DNA of 64,000 bases from Eledone cirrhosa (Eukaryota): contig OZ024750.1 in the NCBI GenBank assembly GCA_964016885.1, positions 15,004,001-15,068,000 of the forward strand, given 5' to 3'. The stretch's first letter is position 1; each line of letters begins with the position of its first letter. The notes beneath the pieces were generated by a model. The model was not told the DNA's origin. It saw only the letters and a list, made by a program, of their open reading frames with translations, and ran no database searches. This document shows positions 45,088-57,842 of the stretch, piece after piece. Position numbers and translations under genes: made by a program.

Positions 45088-45466
45088 ATCATCGTCGTTG
45101 TTGTTGTTGTTGTTGTTGTTGTTGCTACTGATGGTGGTGGTGATGAGGATGGTGGTGATAGTGGTGTTGGTAATAATAATTGTTTCTACTTTTTGGCACA
45201 AGGCCAGCAAATTACCCAGTACATTACTGGTACTTTATTTTACCGACCCCCGTAAGGATGAAAGGCAAAGTTAACCTCGGCGGGTTTTGAACTCAGATCG
45301 TAAAGGGACGTAACTCTTTACGTCAAAGCATGGCGTCCGACCCTCTACCGATACTGCCAATCCACCACGTTGCTAATAATAATGATGATAATGATGCTGA
45401 TGGTGGTGATGATGATAATGGTGGTGCTGGTGGTAATGATAATGATGATAATGGTGGTGCTGGTGG

Positions 45467-45504
<38 letters not shown>

Positions 45505-45616
45505 GTGGTAGTGGTAATAATAATGAAGATAATGATGATGGTGGTGGTGGTGGCGGTGTTGATAATGATGATGATGAGGATGGTGGTGGTGGTGGTGGTG
45601 GTGGTGGTGGTGGTGG

Positions 45617-45671
<55 letters not shown>

Positions 45672-45760
45672 AATGATGGTGGTGGTGTCGATGATGATGA
45701 TGATGATGATGGCGATGACGATGATGATGATCAACATCATCATCATCGTCATAACAATGA
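45088..45760. repeat. Trinucleotide array (GTT/GAT/GGT)n interrupted by a minus-strand SINE (45175-45368)
   Basis: Direct inspection. Confidence 0.92.
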
Positions 45761-45880
45761 AGTTTATTACCATAGGTCTCATTTCCCAAACAGTTCTATT
45801 TTTATCATATATTTATTATGTCAAGGCATCTTGGCCTGCCGCTATTATATTTTATATTTAAGTATAAAATAAAAAGCAAA

Positions 45881-46383
45881 TACACACAGAAAGACATGTT
45901 ATACACACAGAAAGACATGTTATACACACAGACAGACATGTTATACACACAGAAAGACATGTTATACACACAGAAAGACATGTTATACACACAGACAGAC
46001 ATGTTATACACACAGGCAGACATGTTATACACACAGACAGACATGTTATACACACAGAAAGACATGTTATACACACAGACAGACATGTTATACACACAGG
46101 CAGACATGTTATACACACAGAAAGACATGTTATACACACAGACAGACATGTTATACACACAGACAGACATGTTATACACACAGGCAGACATGTTATACAC
46201 ACAGACAGACATGTTATACACACAGAAAGACATGTTATACACACAGACAGACATGTTATACACACAGGCAGACATGTTATACACACAGAAAGACATGTTA
46301 TACACACAGACAGACATGTTATACACACAGAAAGACATGTTATACACACAGACAGACATGTTATACACACAGGCAGACATGTT
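45881..46383. repeat. 21-bp minisatellite, about 24 units (TACACACAG[AA/AC/GC]AGACATGTTA)
   Basis: Exact 21-bp period with three unit variants. Confidence 0.97.
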
Positions 46384-46507
46384 CATTGTATGTTCTGGAT
46401 CTACTTGTACGACAAATTCGAAAAGCTTCATTCTTTTTAATCTAATTCGGGGGCTCACCAGTAGGCGTGTATAACATCCTATATACATATATATATATAT
46501 ATATATA

Positions 46508-46709
46508 TAGGAACAAGTAGGACCCCGACGGCTACGCTCAAGCCGTTTCGACTGGGCTAATTCTGAGTCCAGAATTAGCCGTCGAAACGGCTTGAGCTCA
46601 GCCGTCGGGGTCCTACTTGTTCCTATTACCCACTCTACACTCTACTACCCTAAGTATTGAGTACTTTGGTGCGTTATGGTCCATCTGGTTCCTTACCACA
46701 TTTCCTTCG

Positions 46710-46712
<3 letters not shown>
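46508..46712 (+). mobile_element. Family A repeat with inverted arm joined in loop II
   Basis: Homology to 13563-13760. Confidence 0.88.
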
Positions 46713-46770
<58 letters not shown>

Positions 46771-46962
46771 CATTAAGTGTGCAATTTCTAGAAATTTGTA
46801 GAAAAAAGAGACATTTCTACAAATTTCATACTTGACAACCCAATATATATAAATATATATATACTGTATATATATAAAAACACACACGCAAACACACACA
46901 CACACATATACACACACAAGCACACACATACATACACACACGTACACACACATATATATATA

Positions 46963-47059
46963 TTCAATTCAATTCAGGGCCTTTGAACTCATACCGGAGG
47001 AACCCCTCCCTGATTGACCTCCACCGTTTTCTGTTTTGGGGTTTTGGCCATGTCAGGGG
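46963..47059 (-). mobile_element. Very short LINE 3' end with (TTGAA)n tail
   Basis: [14 protein letters not shown] resembles the DR..WR terminus of RTE-group elements. Confidence 0.5.
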
Positions 47060-47076
47060 TATATATATATTATATA

Positions 47077-47135
<59 letters not shown>

Positions 47136-47204
47136 ATGTGTGTGTGTGTGTATTTATATATATATATATATATACACAATAAAGTATGTGTGTGTATGTG
47201 TGTG

Positions 47205-47241
<37 letters not shown>

Positions 47242-47253
47242 TTAATATAGATG

Positions 47254-47304
47254 AGATTCTACAGGACTAGAACTGTTTCATTCATTAGAAATCATCAGGA
47301 ATCT
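47254..47304 (-). ncRNA. Complete type I hammerhead (family G) in head-to-head repeat 47238-47423
   Basis: AGATTC-CTGATGA-tTTC-taat-GAAt-GAAA-CAG-ttctagtc-CTG-TA-GAATCT. Confidence 0.87.
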
Positions 47305-47446
47305 AATGAATGAAACAGTTCTAGTCCTGTAGAATCTCATCTATATTAAAACTGTTATACTCTGCTATGTATTGAGTACCTTACTTACTGTGGTTACCTC
47401 CGATTCAACCCGGAATAACGTACTATATATATATATATATATATAC

Positions 47447-47512
<66 letters not shown>

Positions 47513-49344
47513 GAATATTTTGTATACGATACAACATAAAGAGTCACAGCAAAACTTCTTTCGCTGCTGTTGTATAGTCACATGAAACCTCAAATTACGT
47601 TCCTGCAAATATAAAATGTCCTACAGTTGGTAATGATCACTATACATTAAAACTATTTCAAACTAGTTTTCGACACTAAAAGTGGGATATAAAACAAAAG
47701 TCTTTCAGATACTAATATGTGACACCTTATAACCCTTTTGAAATTAAGTTGACAGATCCTATGTGAATATTATCAGATGCTTATGGTATAGTATAAAAGT
47801 TACAAAAAGGCATTTCCATTAACGATGATTTCTCTCTGGGAATAGAATGTAATAAATTATAGGAACAATGAAATGTTCTTAAAGGCATTGATAATAAATG
47901 TTATAGAAGTTAAGTGGAAATCAAAATCTAGTCCCATACATGGTCTGTTAAGAACATAGGTGAGTACTTAGTAACAGTTTAATATAACATTTTAGTGTAT
48001 TTCAAATTAAAAACTCTCGGTGAACTAATATCAATAAGAGTGATATGGTCATTTTAATAAACGATTAAATTATATAGAGCTTTAAACTTTTGAGGTTTGC
48101 TACTCAGAACAATATCTCTTCTTACGGTTAGAAAATATTCCCAACAGATAAGTGCATTACAGATTTTCCATCAAATTAATAAACGTAGATTTAATACAAA
48201 ATATCCTGTAAATCCGGCATCATCCGAATTCCATTGTTATCCAAACACACACACACACTTATACACATAAGCACTCTCCCCCCTTTTCTGTATATGCACA
48301 TTATATAGCTTGAATAAGAAGTCATATGCTGTGCTGTTCTTCATCAACATAACTATCAGTTTTTATTGATTTATCGATTTCGAAAATCTTCGTAAATTTA
48401 CTGTGCTCTTCCTGTCAAATCAACCATATAAAATTGAAAAACAAAATACACAATAAAAGATGTATAAATATTGTAATATATCTTGCATTTTTAGAAACAG
48501 CATGGTGAAGTGGATTTTTTCTTTAGTCAGAGACGAGTTAGAGTCTATAATACTTCCATTTCCCTTGTACCAGGAAATGCTAGGAAGGAATAATTATGTC
48601 TGACATTGGCCCAAATTAATGCTTAATTAGCATTCCTGTTGGTTAATGTTTGAATAAAAATAACGAAAGGCGCCAATTTTAGATGAATATTCCCACGATA
48701 CAGAAAAATTGAGCAACATTCTTAGTAATGATATGGGAGTTAAAATGCCAGGTGTTTGGTTATGTCTGAAATGTTGAGAAAGTAAAAATGTAATAAAAAA
48801 TTATAAAATCATTAATGTTTTTATTATTTTATTTGGAAGTTACTATTCTAGAACATTTATCCTCGAGCAAGAATATTGTTCACTTTTTCAAACCTGAAAG
48901 CCATATAAAGCAGGAATAAATAATGTTATTAGCCTTCCGGCTTAACAAGCATAACGAAAGTGGATTAGATCTCAGCTTTATTTTTTACTTTGCTGATGAA
49001 ATAGAATGATAGCGTATATTAGTCAATCATTTCTAACATTGGCACAAAACCACTATTTTTTGTTTAGTAACGTAGAGAAAATAATCAATGCTATTGATCT
49101 AAGGATTTAACTGATATTTCTTTCATCCACCCTAGAAAAAAAAATAAAATAAAGCCAAATAAATGCATAATTTGAGCTTAGAACTTAAATGGTCATAACG
49201 AAAGACTACAGATAATGTTAATGTCTTTATTATGAAGTAATTAATAATTATATTTTTAAATATTAATACAGATCTTTAACAGATGGCTGCGATCAATTGA
49301 ATCACTTCCATGTACTATTAATTTTGATATTGTCTCTGATCTTT

Positions 49345-50000
49345 TCTATTCTGTGCTGGATGTTCGTGTTAAGAGATGACCTGAGATGACAACTGATCAC
49401 AATCTAGTTATCTGCAACTTGAGACTACCTAAAGCCAAGGAAGCCTACACAACTGTCAAGTCGAGGTCGACCTACAGAAAAAGTGGGAAGCTTTGACGGA
49501 TAAGAAAATCAGGAGCTGGTATCCAGAATATGGACTGTTTAGCTCGGCAGTTTATGCTTCAGATGTTAAATGCTGCAAGTGAAAATATTGGTTGGCGCCG
49601 GATGGCAGGAGGACCTCTTGATTCAACGAAGAGGCCATCCGAGAAAACAGGCCTTCCTTCTTGCACTTGTGGTACAAGCAGGCGCGAAACGTCGCAGTAG
49701 AGATATACAGGCATCCAAAGTAAAGGTATGAGAGGATTTTGGGGTTAAGCTGAAATCCGACTGTAGATCAGCAAATAAAGAATTCTGGCAAATCATCCAA
49801 CGACTTCGTAATAAGAAGTTCCATTCTATACCTGCTATCAGAAACGCATCTGGGGTTCTTCTCTCTTCAGGGATGGATAGAATACTTTACTTATCACCTA
49901 AACCCGGTTGCAACAACAACTTTTGATGTACACGATGATAACCTCTTGGCGGCTGAGGTCACAAGAGCAATTAAAGAGCTCAAGTGTGCTAAGGCTTCTG
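49345..50000 (+). mobile_element. Highly decayed RTE-like LINE fragment (end of endonuclease into linker)
   Basis: SVLDVRVKR...TDHNLVICNL motif; later EFWQIIQRLR and AEVTRAIKELKCAKA. Confidence 0.7.
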
Positions 50001-50696
50001 AGGAATATATATATCTATAAACCTTCATTTCAATCCTCGTTTACTTATGACTAAAACAAAATCTAATCTAATCAGTCTAATTACATAATGGAGAAAACTA
50101 GATTTGAGTTCCATAAAAATGTCAAGTTTTACTACCATCAAGATCAGTATAACGAGAAAACGTCTTTGAGACCGAACCCTTCTCTTGACGTAACAAAATT
50201 AAAGATATGGTGTTTATATTGGTGTAAGTATTAAAAGAAGAATCAAGTTTACAAAGAGGATTCACGATGAAGTGGTAAATAACATTAGGCAGCAATGAAT
50301 ATAGAAATGCCTTATTGAATTAACCACCTCAATTTATATTTTCTTCCGCATATACTTATCTGTACCTTTTAATCAATAACTAAAATTAAAAAGATATACT
50401 CTCAAAAGCTGAATTATATTTAGGAACGTAAACGAAAGTTAGTCTGACATATTAAAATTCAACACACCAAACATTCTCGTATGAAAGCTAATAATTCCTT
50501 AAATTAGTGGGTTTTCAGGAAGAGAGGAAAAGAGGATCGTAGGAGCATGGCGGCGACGGAGGTGGTGGTGAGCGATATTTTAGCAGCAGTGAGAGTTTGT
50601 AATATGAGACTTTCCCTCATTGTCTTTCTGTTCAGTCACTTTCTAATCTCTCTCTCTCTCTCCCTCTCTCTGACTGTCTATCTGTTTGTCTGTCTG

Positions 50697-50767
<71 letters not shown>

Positions 50768-50815
50768 TTCTCTCACACACACATATACACATATGTCGGC
50801 GTACATAAATACATG

Positions 50816-50877
<62 letters not shown>

Positions 50878-50880
<3 letters not shown>

Positions 50881-51057
50881 CGAAGGAAATGTGGTAAGGA
50901 ACCAGGTGGACCATAACGCACCAAAGTACTCAATACTTAGGGTAGTAGAGTGGGTAATAGGAACGAGTAGGACCCCGACGGCTGAGCTCAAGCCGTTGGA
51001 CGGTTTTAGTCCAGAATTAGCCGTCGAAACGGCTTGAGCTCAGCCGTCGGGGTCCTA
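50878..51057 (-). mobile_element. Family A repeat with inverted arm retaining the probable native stem II
   Basis: GACGGTT-ttagtccagaatt-AGCCGTC-GAAA-CGGCT..AGCCG-TC on the short arm. Confidence 0.87.
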
Positions 51058-51077
51058 TATATATATATATATATATA

Positions 51078-51362
51078 GGGAGACCCCTTCGGTCACGAAT
51101 GACCATGGGTTTTGCATCTGGAAAATTCCTCTCCGAGGCACAAGCCCAAGTAAAATGTTTTTGTGGAAGACCAACAGTCGTCCTTGAAAACCAGTCTCCC
51201 CTCTCCACTAGACCGATGTTGTTCAAGCAAAAGTCAATACAGCTTAACACCAGTGACGTCGCAACTCATCTCTCCAGCTGAGTAAACTGGAGTAACGTGA
51301 AATAAAGTGGCTTGCCCAAGAACACAGCGCATCGACCGAATCCGAGAATCAAACTTACAACG
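51078..51362 (-). mobile_element. CORE-type SINE with RTE-like 3' tail
   Basis: Reverse complement has CORE-like TGTGTTCTTGGGCAAGCCACTTTATTTCAC..CTCCAGTTTACTCAGCTG and ends CATGGTCATTCGTGACCGAAGGGGTCTCCC. Confidence 0.7.
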
Positions 51363-51677
51363 TCACCCATTATGAATCTCTCTTTCTCTCTTTCCCTCTC
51401 TCTCTCTCTCACTCTGTCTCTCTCTCTCTTATATATAAGAGAGAATGCGAGAGAATGCGTCACCCATTATGAATCTCTCTTTCTCTCTCTCTCTCCCCCT
51501 CTCTCTCTCTCACTCTGTCTCTCTCTCTCTTATATATATAAGAGAGAATGCGAGAGAATGCGTCACTCATTATGAATCTCTCTTTCTCTCTCTCTCTCTC
51601 CCCCTCTCTCTCTCTCACTCTGTCTCTCTCTCTCTTATATATAAGAGAGAATGCGAGAGAATGCGTCACCCATTATG

Positions 51678-51728
<51 letters not shown>

Positions 51729-51986
51729 GTCTCTCTCTCTCTTATATATATAAGAGAGAATGCGAGAGAATGCGTCACCCATTATGAATCTCTCTTTCTC
51801 TCTCTCTCTCCCCCTCTCTCTCTCACTCTGTCTCTCTCTCTCTTATATATAAGAGAGAATGCGAGAGAATGCGTCACCCATTATGAATCTCTCTTTCTCT
51901 CTCTCTCTCTCCCCCTCTCTCTCTCACTCTGTCTCTCTCTCTCTTATATATAAGAGAGAATGCGAGAGAATGCGTCACCCATTATG

Positions 51987-52029
<43 letters not shown>

Positions 52030-52697
52030 GTCTCTCTCTCTCTTATATATATAAGAGAGAATGCGAGAGAATGCGTCACTCATTATGAATCTCTCTTTCT
52101 CTCTCTCTCTCCCTCTCTCTCTCTCTCACTCTGTCTCTCTCTCTCTTATATATAAGAGAGAATGCGAGAGAATGCGTCACCCATTATGAATCTCTCTTTC
52201 TCTCTCTCTCCCTCTCTCTCTCACTCTGTCTCTCTCTCTCTTATATATAAGAGAGAATGCGAGAGAATGCGTCACCCATTATGAATCTCTCTTTCTCTCT
52301 CTCTCTCTCCCTCTCGCTCTCTCTCACTCTGTCTCTCTCTCTCTTATATATAAGAGAGAATGCGAGAGAATGCGTCACCCATTATGAATCTCTCTTTCTC
52401 TCTCTCTCTCTCCCTCTCGCTCTCTCTCACTCTGTCTCTCTCTCTCTTATATATAAGAGAGAATGCGAGAGAATGCGTCACCCATTATGAATCTCTCTTT
52501 CTCTCTCTCTCTCTCCCTCTCGCTCTCTCTCACTCTGTCTCTCTCTCTCTTATATATAAGAGAGAATGCGAGAGAATGCGTCACCCATTATGAATCTCTC
52601 TTTCTCTCTCTCTCTCTCCCTCTCTCCCTCTCTCACTCTGTCTCTCTCTCTCTTATATATATAAGAGAGAATGCGAGAGAACGCGTCACCCATTATG

Positions 52698-52745
<48 letters not shown>

Positions 52746-52898
52746 ATATATAAGAGAGAATGCGAGAGAATGCGTCACCCATTATGAATCTCTCTTTCTC
52801 TCTCTCTCTCTCCCTCTCTCTCTCTCACTCTGTCTCTCTCTCTCTTATATATAAGAGATAATGCGAGAGAATGCGAGAGAATGCGAGAGAATGCGAGA
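51361..52898. repeat. Minisatellite, about 15 units of about 100 bp
   Basis: Unit CGTCACCCATTATGAA-(CT)n-CACTCTGT-(CT)n-TATATATAAGAGAGAATGCGAGAGAATG. Confidence 0.97.
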
Positions 52899-53201
52899 TG
52901 TCCAGAAGGCGGTCCACGAACGGGGTTCGACACTGAAAGCAAGATCCAGTCTTCCGACGGTGACCGAGTCTCGTAGGGAAAGCGGCATCAGCCGCCGTCT
53001 AGTTCGGTATCCTAAGCCGGTTAACGCGGTTTTGATGCGTCCGGAGAACCATCCGCCGAACCTAAGGGACGGGCATGCCAGTGCGGCGTCACGTGATTGA
53101 CGAACAGGAAGAAACGCAAATCGGAAGCCTGCCGCCGCCTGGAGAAATGTCCATCCGTGTCACGATCTCACTAGGCCCGGGGGGACTGGTGAGGGAGACA
53201 T

Positions 53202-53235
<34 letters not shown>

Positions 53236-53257
53236 TGAAATATCCAGTTCTGCGTTT

Positions 53258-53333
53258 ACAGATTGACTTTGTTAGTTTCAGAAGATCCCGTTAAGGGTGA
53301 AAGCAGCGATTCTTTGCTTAAACTTTAATCTGT
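53258..53333 (+). ncRNA. Hammerhead-like fold with CAGAAGA core (family E)
   Basis: ACAGATTGA-(7-nt bulge)-AGTTT-CAGAAGA-tCCC-gttaa-GGGt-GAAA-GCA..TGC-TT-AAACT-TTAATCTGT. Confidence 0.72.
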
Positions 53334-53340
53334 TATTTTA

Positions 53341-53429
<89 letters not shown>

Positions 53430-53494
53430 CATATATATTCTTTTATTCTTTTACTAATTTCAATTATAAGAATCCGGCTTTGGTGGGGCACCTG

Positions 53495-53555
<61 letters not shown>

Positions 53556-53559
<4 letters not shown>

Positions 53560-54102
53560 AACCAGTAAGACCCCGACAGCTGAGCTCAAGCCGTTTCGAC
53601 GGCTAATTCTGAATTAGCCGTCGAAACGGCTTGAGCTCAGCTGTCGGGGTCTTACTGGTTCCTATTACCCACTCTACTACCTCAAGTATTGAGTACTTTG
53701 GTGCGTTATGGTCCACCTGGTTCCTTACCACATTTCCTTCGTTATCTAGCTCCTACTCCCGTAGTAGAGCACTTTCCGACCCTACCACGCCGTATCCAGA
53801 CTTTTCTGCTAAGCTCAATTCATTTCACCCGCACCATGCGAAAACACAACATTGACTTCTCTACCAAGAACATCCCAATCCCACCGAAAAAACTTTACCT
53901 TCGGATGCTCACGCAAAAAATTGATCTATTTGCGAAAAGACTTAGATGGAGAACTTTTTTCTATGACAGAATTAGCCGTCGAAACGGCTTGAGCTCAGCT
54001 GTCGGGGTCTTACTGGTTCCTATTACCCACTCTACTACCTCAAGTATTGAGTACTTTGGTGCGTTATGGTCCACCTGGTTCCTTACCACATTTCCTTCGT
54101 TA
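53556..54102 (+). mobile_element. Compact Penelope-like unit: inverted arm, family A repeat, 5' UTR and ORF start, second family A repeat
   Basis: Direct repeats about 53611-53744 and 53967-54102; (TA)n on both sides. Confidence 0.88.
53836..53967 (+). pseudogene. Truncated N-terminus of a Penelope-like element ORF
   Basis: MRKHNIDFSTKNIPIPPKKLYLRMLTQKIDLFAKRLRWRTFFYD resembles the S.KNIPIP...Y...L..K...F.KR.RW..FF N-terminal motif of PLE proteins. Confidence 0.75.
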
Positions 54103-54984
54103 TATATATATATATATATACACATATATATATATATATATGTACGTGTATATTATAATATTAATTATGCATGTATCTATATATCATAATCCTTTCTATT
54201 CCATACCGTACATTCCTGACTACGAATTCAATACACTTGTGAATTATATCTACACGTTCTCATTTCTTCATATATCCCATGTGCTTTCACCATTAAAGTG
54301 AAACAAAGTGATCTGCTTTATTAATTTATCGTATGTTTAGGTTTGTAAAATGAGCTTACATTAACTGGAAATTGGCCCGTGAAGCCGTAAAAGACTAAGA
54401 GATAAAAAAAAAAATTTCTCAAGTCGGCTTAAAAATGTACCAGATGTCACTTGAGAAGCGATCATATCTTTTTAGTAAGCTACTTTATCCTTCGGTAATG
54501 ATATAACTTATATCTACGTAATATCAACTACTTTGATATGAAGTGTTTGTATATTTATATACCAGATGTTTCCCCAGGTGTAGTTAAGGAAGATTTTGGT
54601 TATTAAAGTATTTTATAACGACTGTAATATACAGAATAAAATAGTGCATGTTATCTGTTCGGATTATATTTGAGAGTAAGAAAAATCAAGTGTTTTAAAA
54701 TAACATGCTTTATACCAAACGTTTAATAAAACGCGTCGAAATACTAAACCTTAACTAGATACTCCTTATGTAATTTTCAAACGATTTAAAACTATATTTA
54801 TATTCAGTTATATTTTATATCAGTTTCTTGATCTTATATTTTACCGCGAATATTTTTATCTGAATAATAATATTTTAGAGTAAGTTGATAGGGTTGCTAA
54901 ATTTTTTTCGAAGATTCGAGTCATTGTCGCAGTTATTTTAAAATTCATTTAACTATTTTTGGTAATCAATAGACATACCTTTGT

Positions 54985-55313
54985 CTTGTGGATCCAGCCG
55001 GATCAGTTGGAGATAGTTGCTTCTGACAGGACCTACTACGGGCATGTGATTAGAATGCCTTAGGAAAGAATCGCTGGGCAGATTTTACGGTCGAAACCAA
55101 CCAGTAGGAGACCTAGCGGTAGACGCCGTACAAGATATTTGGATAACGTCCATGAGCTCGGTTTGTCTCCATTGAGAATCTAGTCAGATCAATTGGAGAT
55201 AGTTGCTGGTGACAGGACTTGCTGGAAGGAGTGTTTGAGGACCCCACGTCTTTCCTAGGAATAAGTTGAAAAAGAAGAAGAAGAAGAAGAAGAAGAAGAA
55301 GAAGAAGAAGAAG

Positions 55314-55342
<29 letters not shown>
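54985..55342 (+). mobile_element. RTE LINE 3' fragment with (GAA)n tail
   Basis: YYGHVIRMP*ERIAGQILRSKPTSRRPSGRRRTRYLD. Confidence 0.85.
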
Positions 55343-55345
<3 letters not shown>

Positions 55346-55873
55346 TTGTCTGTATACTTATGTATGCTTAATCCAACCCTTCTAAATCAATAATCGACAA
55401 TTGCTATTCTTGAGCTCTTTGAGAAACTGAAATATGATTTCTGACCTGGATTTTAGAAATCTAATAACCTTGCCTACATATTTCGTTAATTATGTGGCAA
55501 CCTATACATAGTTGATTACAACATATGATTATACGAATGTGGTTGAACACGTGTGTTTGATGAATGCGTTAAAGCATACTTCAACATTAACAAAGACGTA
55601 AATATTAATGTTATGTTTCGATTATTGGTTGCGGTTCAAACTACTAATGCGCTCAGTTATCGAATGTTAAACTTAAACATGCTTAAATCACGATACTGCT
55701 AGTAGATTGCAGCAAGGCAACCTTAAAGTTTATGAATAGTAACAGTATATTGAAAAAATAAAAGTATTTAAGAGTATTACTACATATCACTTGCTTAGTT
55801 ACTTATTTATGTACATACACACACTCACGCACACATACACACACAGAGATAGAGATTCACACACACACACACA

Positions 55874-55925
<52 letters not shown>

Positions 55926-56249
55926 TTCAAACACACATACAGACAGTGATCCTCCCACACACGCACACGCACACAAATACACATACACACAGAGACAGAG
56001 AGGCACATACACTCATACACGCACACATACACACATACACACACAAACAGAGATTCACACACACACACACACACACGCACACACACACATACCTATACAT
56101 GTACTGAGTTCTTATCACACCACCGGATTCAACAGCAGTATATGGTATTTCAGTGCTTTTAGTGGGAAAATTCACTCTGTTTCAAGCATTCTTTCTAAGT
56201 CCCCTTTCTTTCTAAGTCCCCTTTCTTTCCAACAGTCTCTGAGATCCTG

Positions 56250-56737
56250 TATCAAATCCCACCGAGGCTGGCTTTGCCTTTCATCTTAACTTGGTCGATA
56301 AAATAAATCACCAGTAATACATTGGGTCGATTTAGTCGACTTCCCATCCTCCAAAATTGTTGACCCTGTGCCTAAATTAGAAATAAAATCGCGCCGAGGT
56401 TGACTTTGCCTTTCATCCTTACGAGGTCGATAAAATAAAGTACCAGTAATGCACTGGGTAATTTTCTGGCCTTGTGCCAAAAGTAGAAACAATTATTAAT
56501 AATTGTATTGTATTAATAATTGTATTGTAACGGTGGATTGGCAGTATCGGTAGAGGGTCGGACGCCATGCTTTCCAGCATAGTTACGTCCCTTTACGATC
56601 TGAGTTCAAATCCCGCCGAGGTTGACTTTGCCTTTTATCCTTACGGGGTCGATAAAATAAAGTACCAGTAATGTACTAGATAATTGCTGGCCTTGTTCCA
56701 AAAGTAGAAACAATTATTAATAATTGTATATATATTT

Positions 56738-56769
<32 letters not shown>

Positions 56770-56885
56770 GTATGTATTTACTGGGGCGATTAAAAAAAAA
56801 TCACCAGTAATACACTGGGGTCGATTTAATCGACTTTCCCATAGTGCCGAAATTGTTGGCCTGGTGTCTAAATCAGAAAACATTA
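56250..56885 (+). mobile_element. Cluster of four SINE copies or fragments
   Basis: SINE consensus; best copy 56532-56720. Confidence 0.85.
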
Positions 56886-57429
56886 TCTGAGGCGAGACGA
56901 TGATGATCAGAAACCGTATTAAGTTATTACCTTTGCTTTATAACTTAAATTAACCATACTTTAATCAGCTGAGTGTGAAATGCATTGTTAATCATCTACT
57001 TGACCTTCTCCACAGATATTCATTTAATTGTCATTCGGCTGAGTGTTATTTATCCACTTTATATTTCTTTGGTGTTTTTGCAATTTCATATCAAAATAGA
57101 TTAGAGGAAGTACGAAATAAGCCATACTCTCTCCGTTTTAATTTATTGATCTGAAGCAGCTGGATTTAATAATGGTAGTGCTACTTCTAGTCATTAATTG
57201 GTCATCTATGTCTAATTATATTTGTCAAATAAGGCTATAAAAACGTGGAGAAGGAGGCCTACATAAAGTAGAGTATATATATATATATATTAAGTAAGAA
57301 TATTTTCGAAACAGCGAGCGAGTTTGAAATTATAAATGTAAGCTATCGCCGTATTTTGACTAAAGAAATTTATTTAGCCTGATAGTGGGGTTAAGAACCC
57401 TCGGAGAAAATGGAAAAACAGATGAGTAT

Positions 57430-57497
57430 TGACGTACATGGAAGTCGAACCCATATCTTTGGTTATCCAGACCACTGTGCTACCATTACACCAACAC
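57430..57497 (-). pseudogene. tRNA-like remnant (probably a SINE head)
   Basis: TGGTGTAATGGTAGCAC...GGGTTCGACTTCC boxes; acceptor stem does not pair. Confidence 0.5.
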
Positions 57498-57689
57498 ATC
57501 ACTCGTCTTTTTCCATTCAAATTAGAAGCTCTAGAACTTAGAGCGTCGAGTAAAATACTTTTCCAACATAATACGAGACAGCAAGTTTATTTATATTTTT
57601 GTCATAAAAATACCGTTAATGTCAGACAAAAGGTTTTAGATCAGACATTCATCTGTATAATAGGTGGATATAATTTATATGAGAAACCG

Positions 57690-57842
57690 ATTTGCAGCAT
57701 AGAGTTACGGTCCTTTATGATCTGAGTTCAAATCCCGCCGAGGTTAACTTTGCCTTTCATTCTTACGGGGGTTGATAAAATAAAGCACCAGTAATGCACT
57801 GGGATAATTGCTGGCGTTGTGCCAAAAGAAGAAACAATTATT
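57690..57842 (+). mobile_element. 5'-truncated SINE
   Basis: SINE consensus. Confidence 0.85.

Noticed and set aside
45330-45872. Poly-D/G, poly-H and poly-M ORFs
   Set aside because: Trinucleotide repeat open in several frames on both strands; starts inside a SINE
51361-52898. CRISPR-like repeat-spacer appearance
   Set aside because: Spacers are (CT)n variants of each other; no cas genes; eukaryotic context
57430-57497. Functional tRNA gene
   Set aside because: A and B boxes present but acceptor and anticodon stems do not pair
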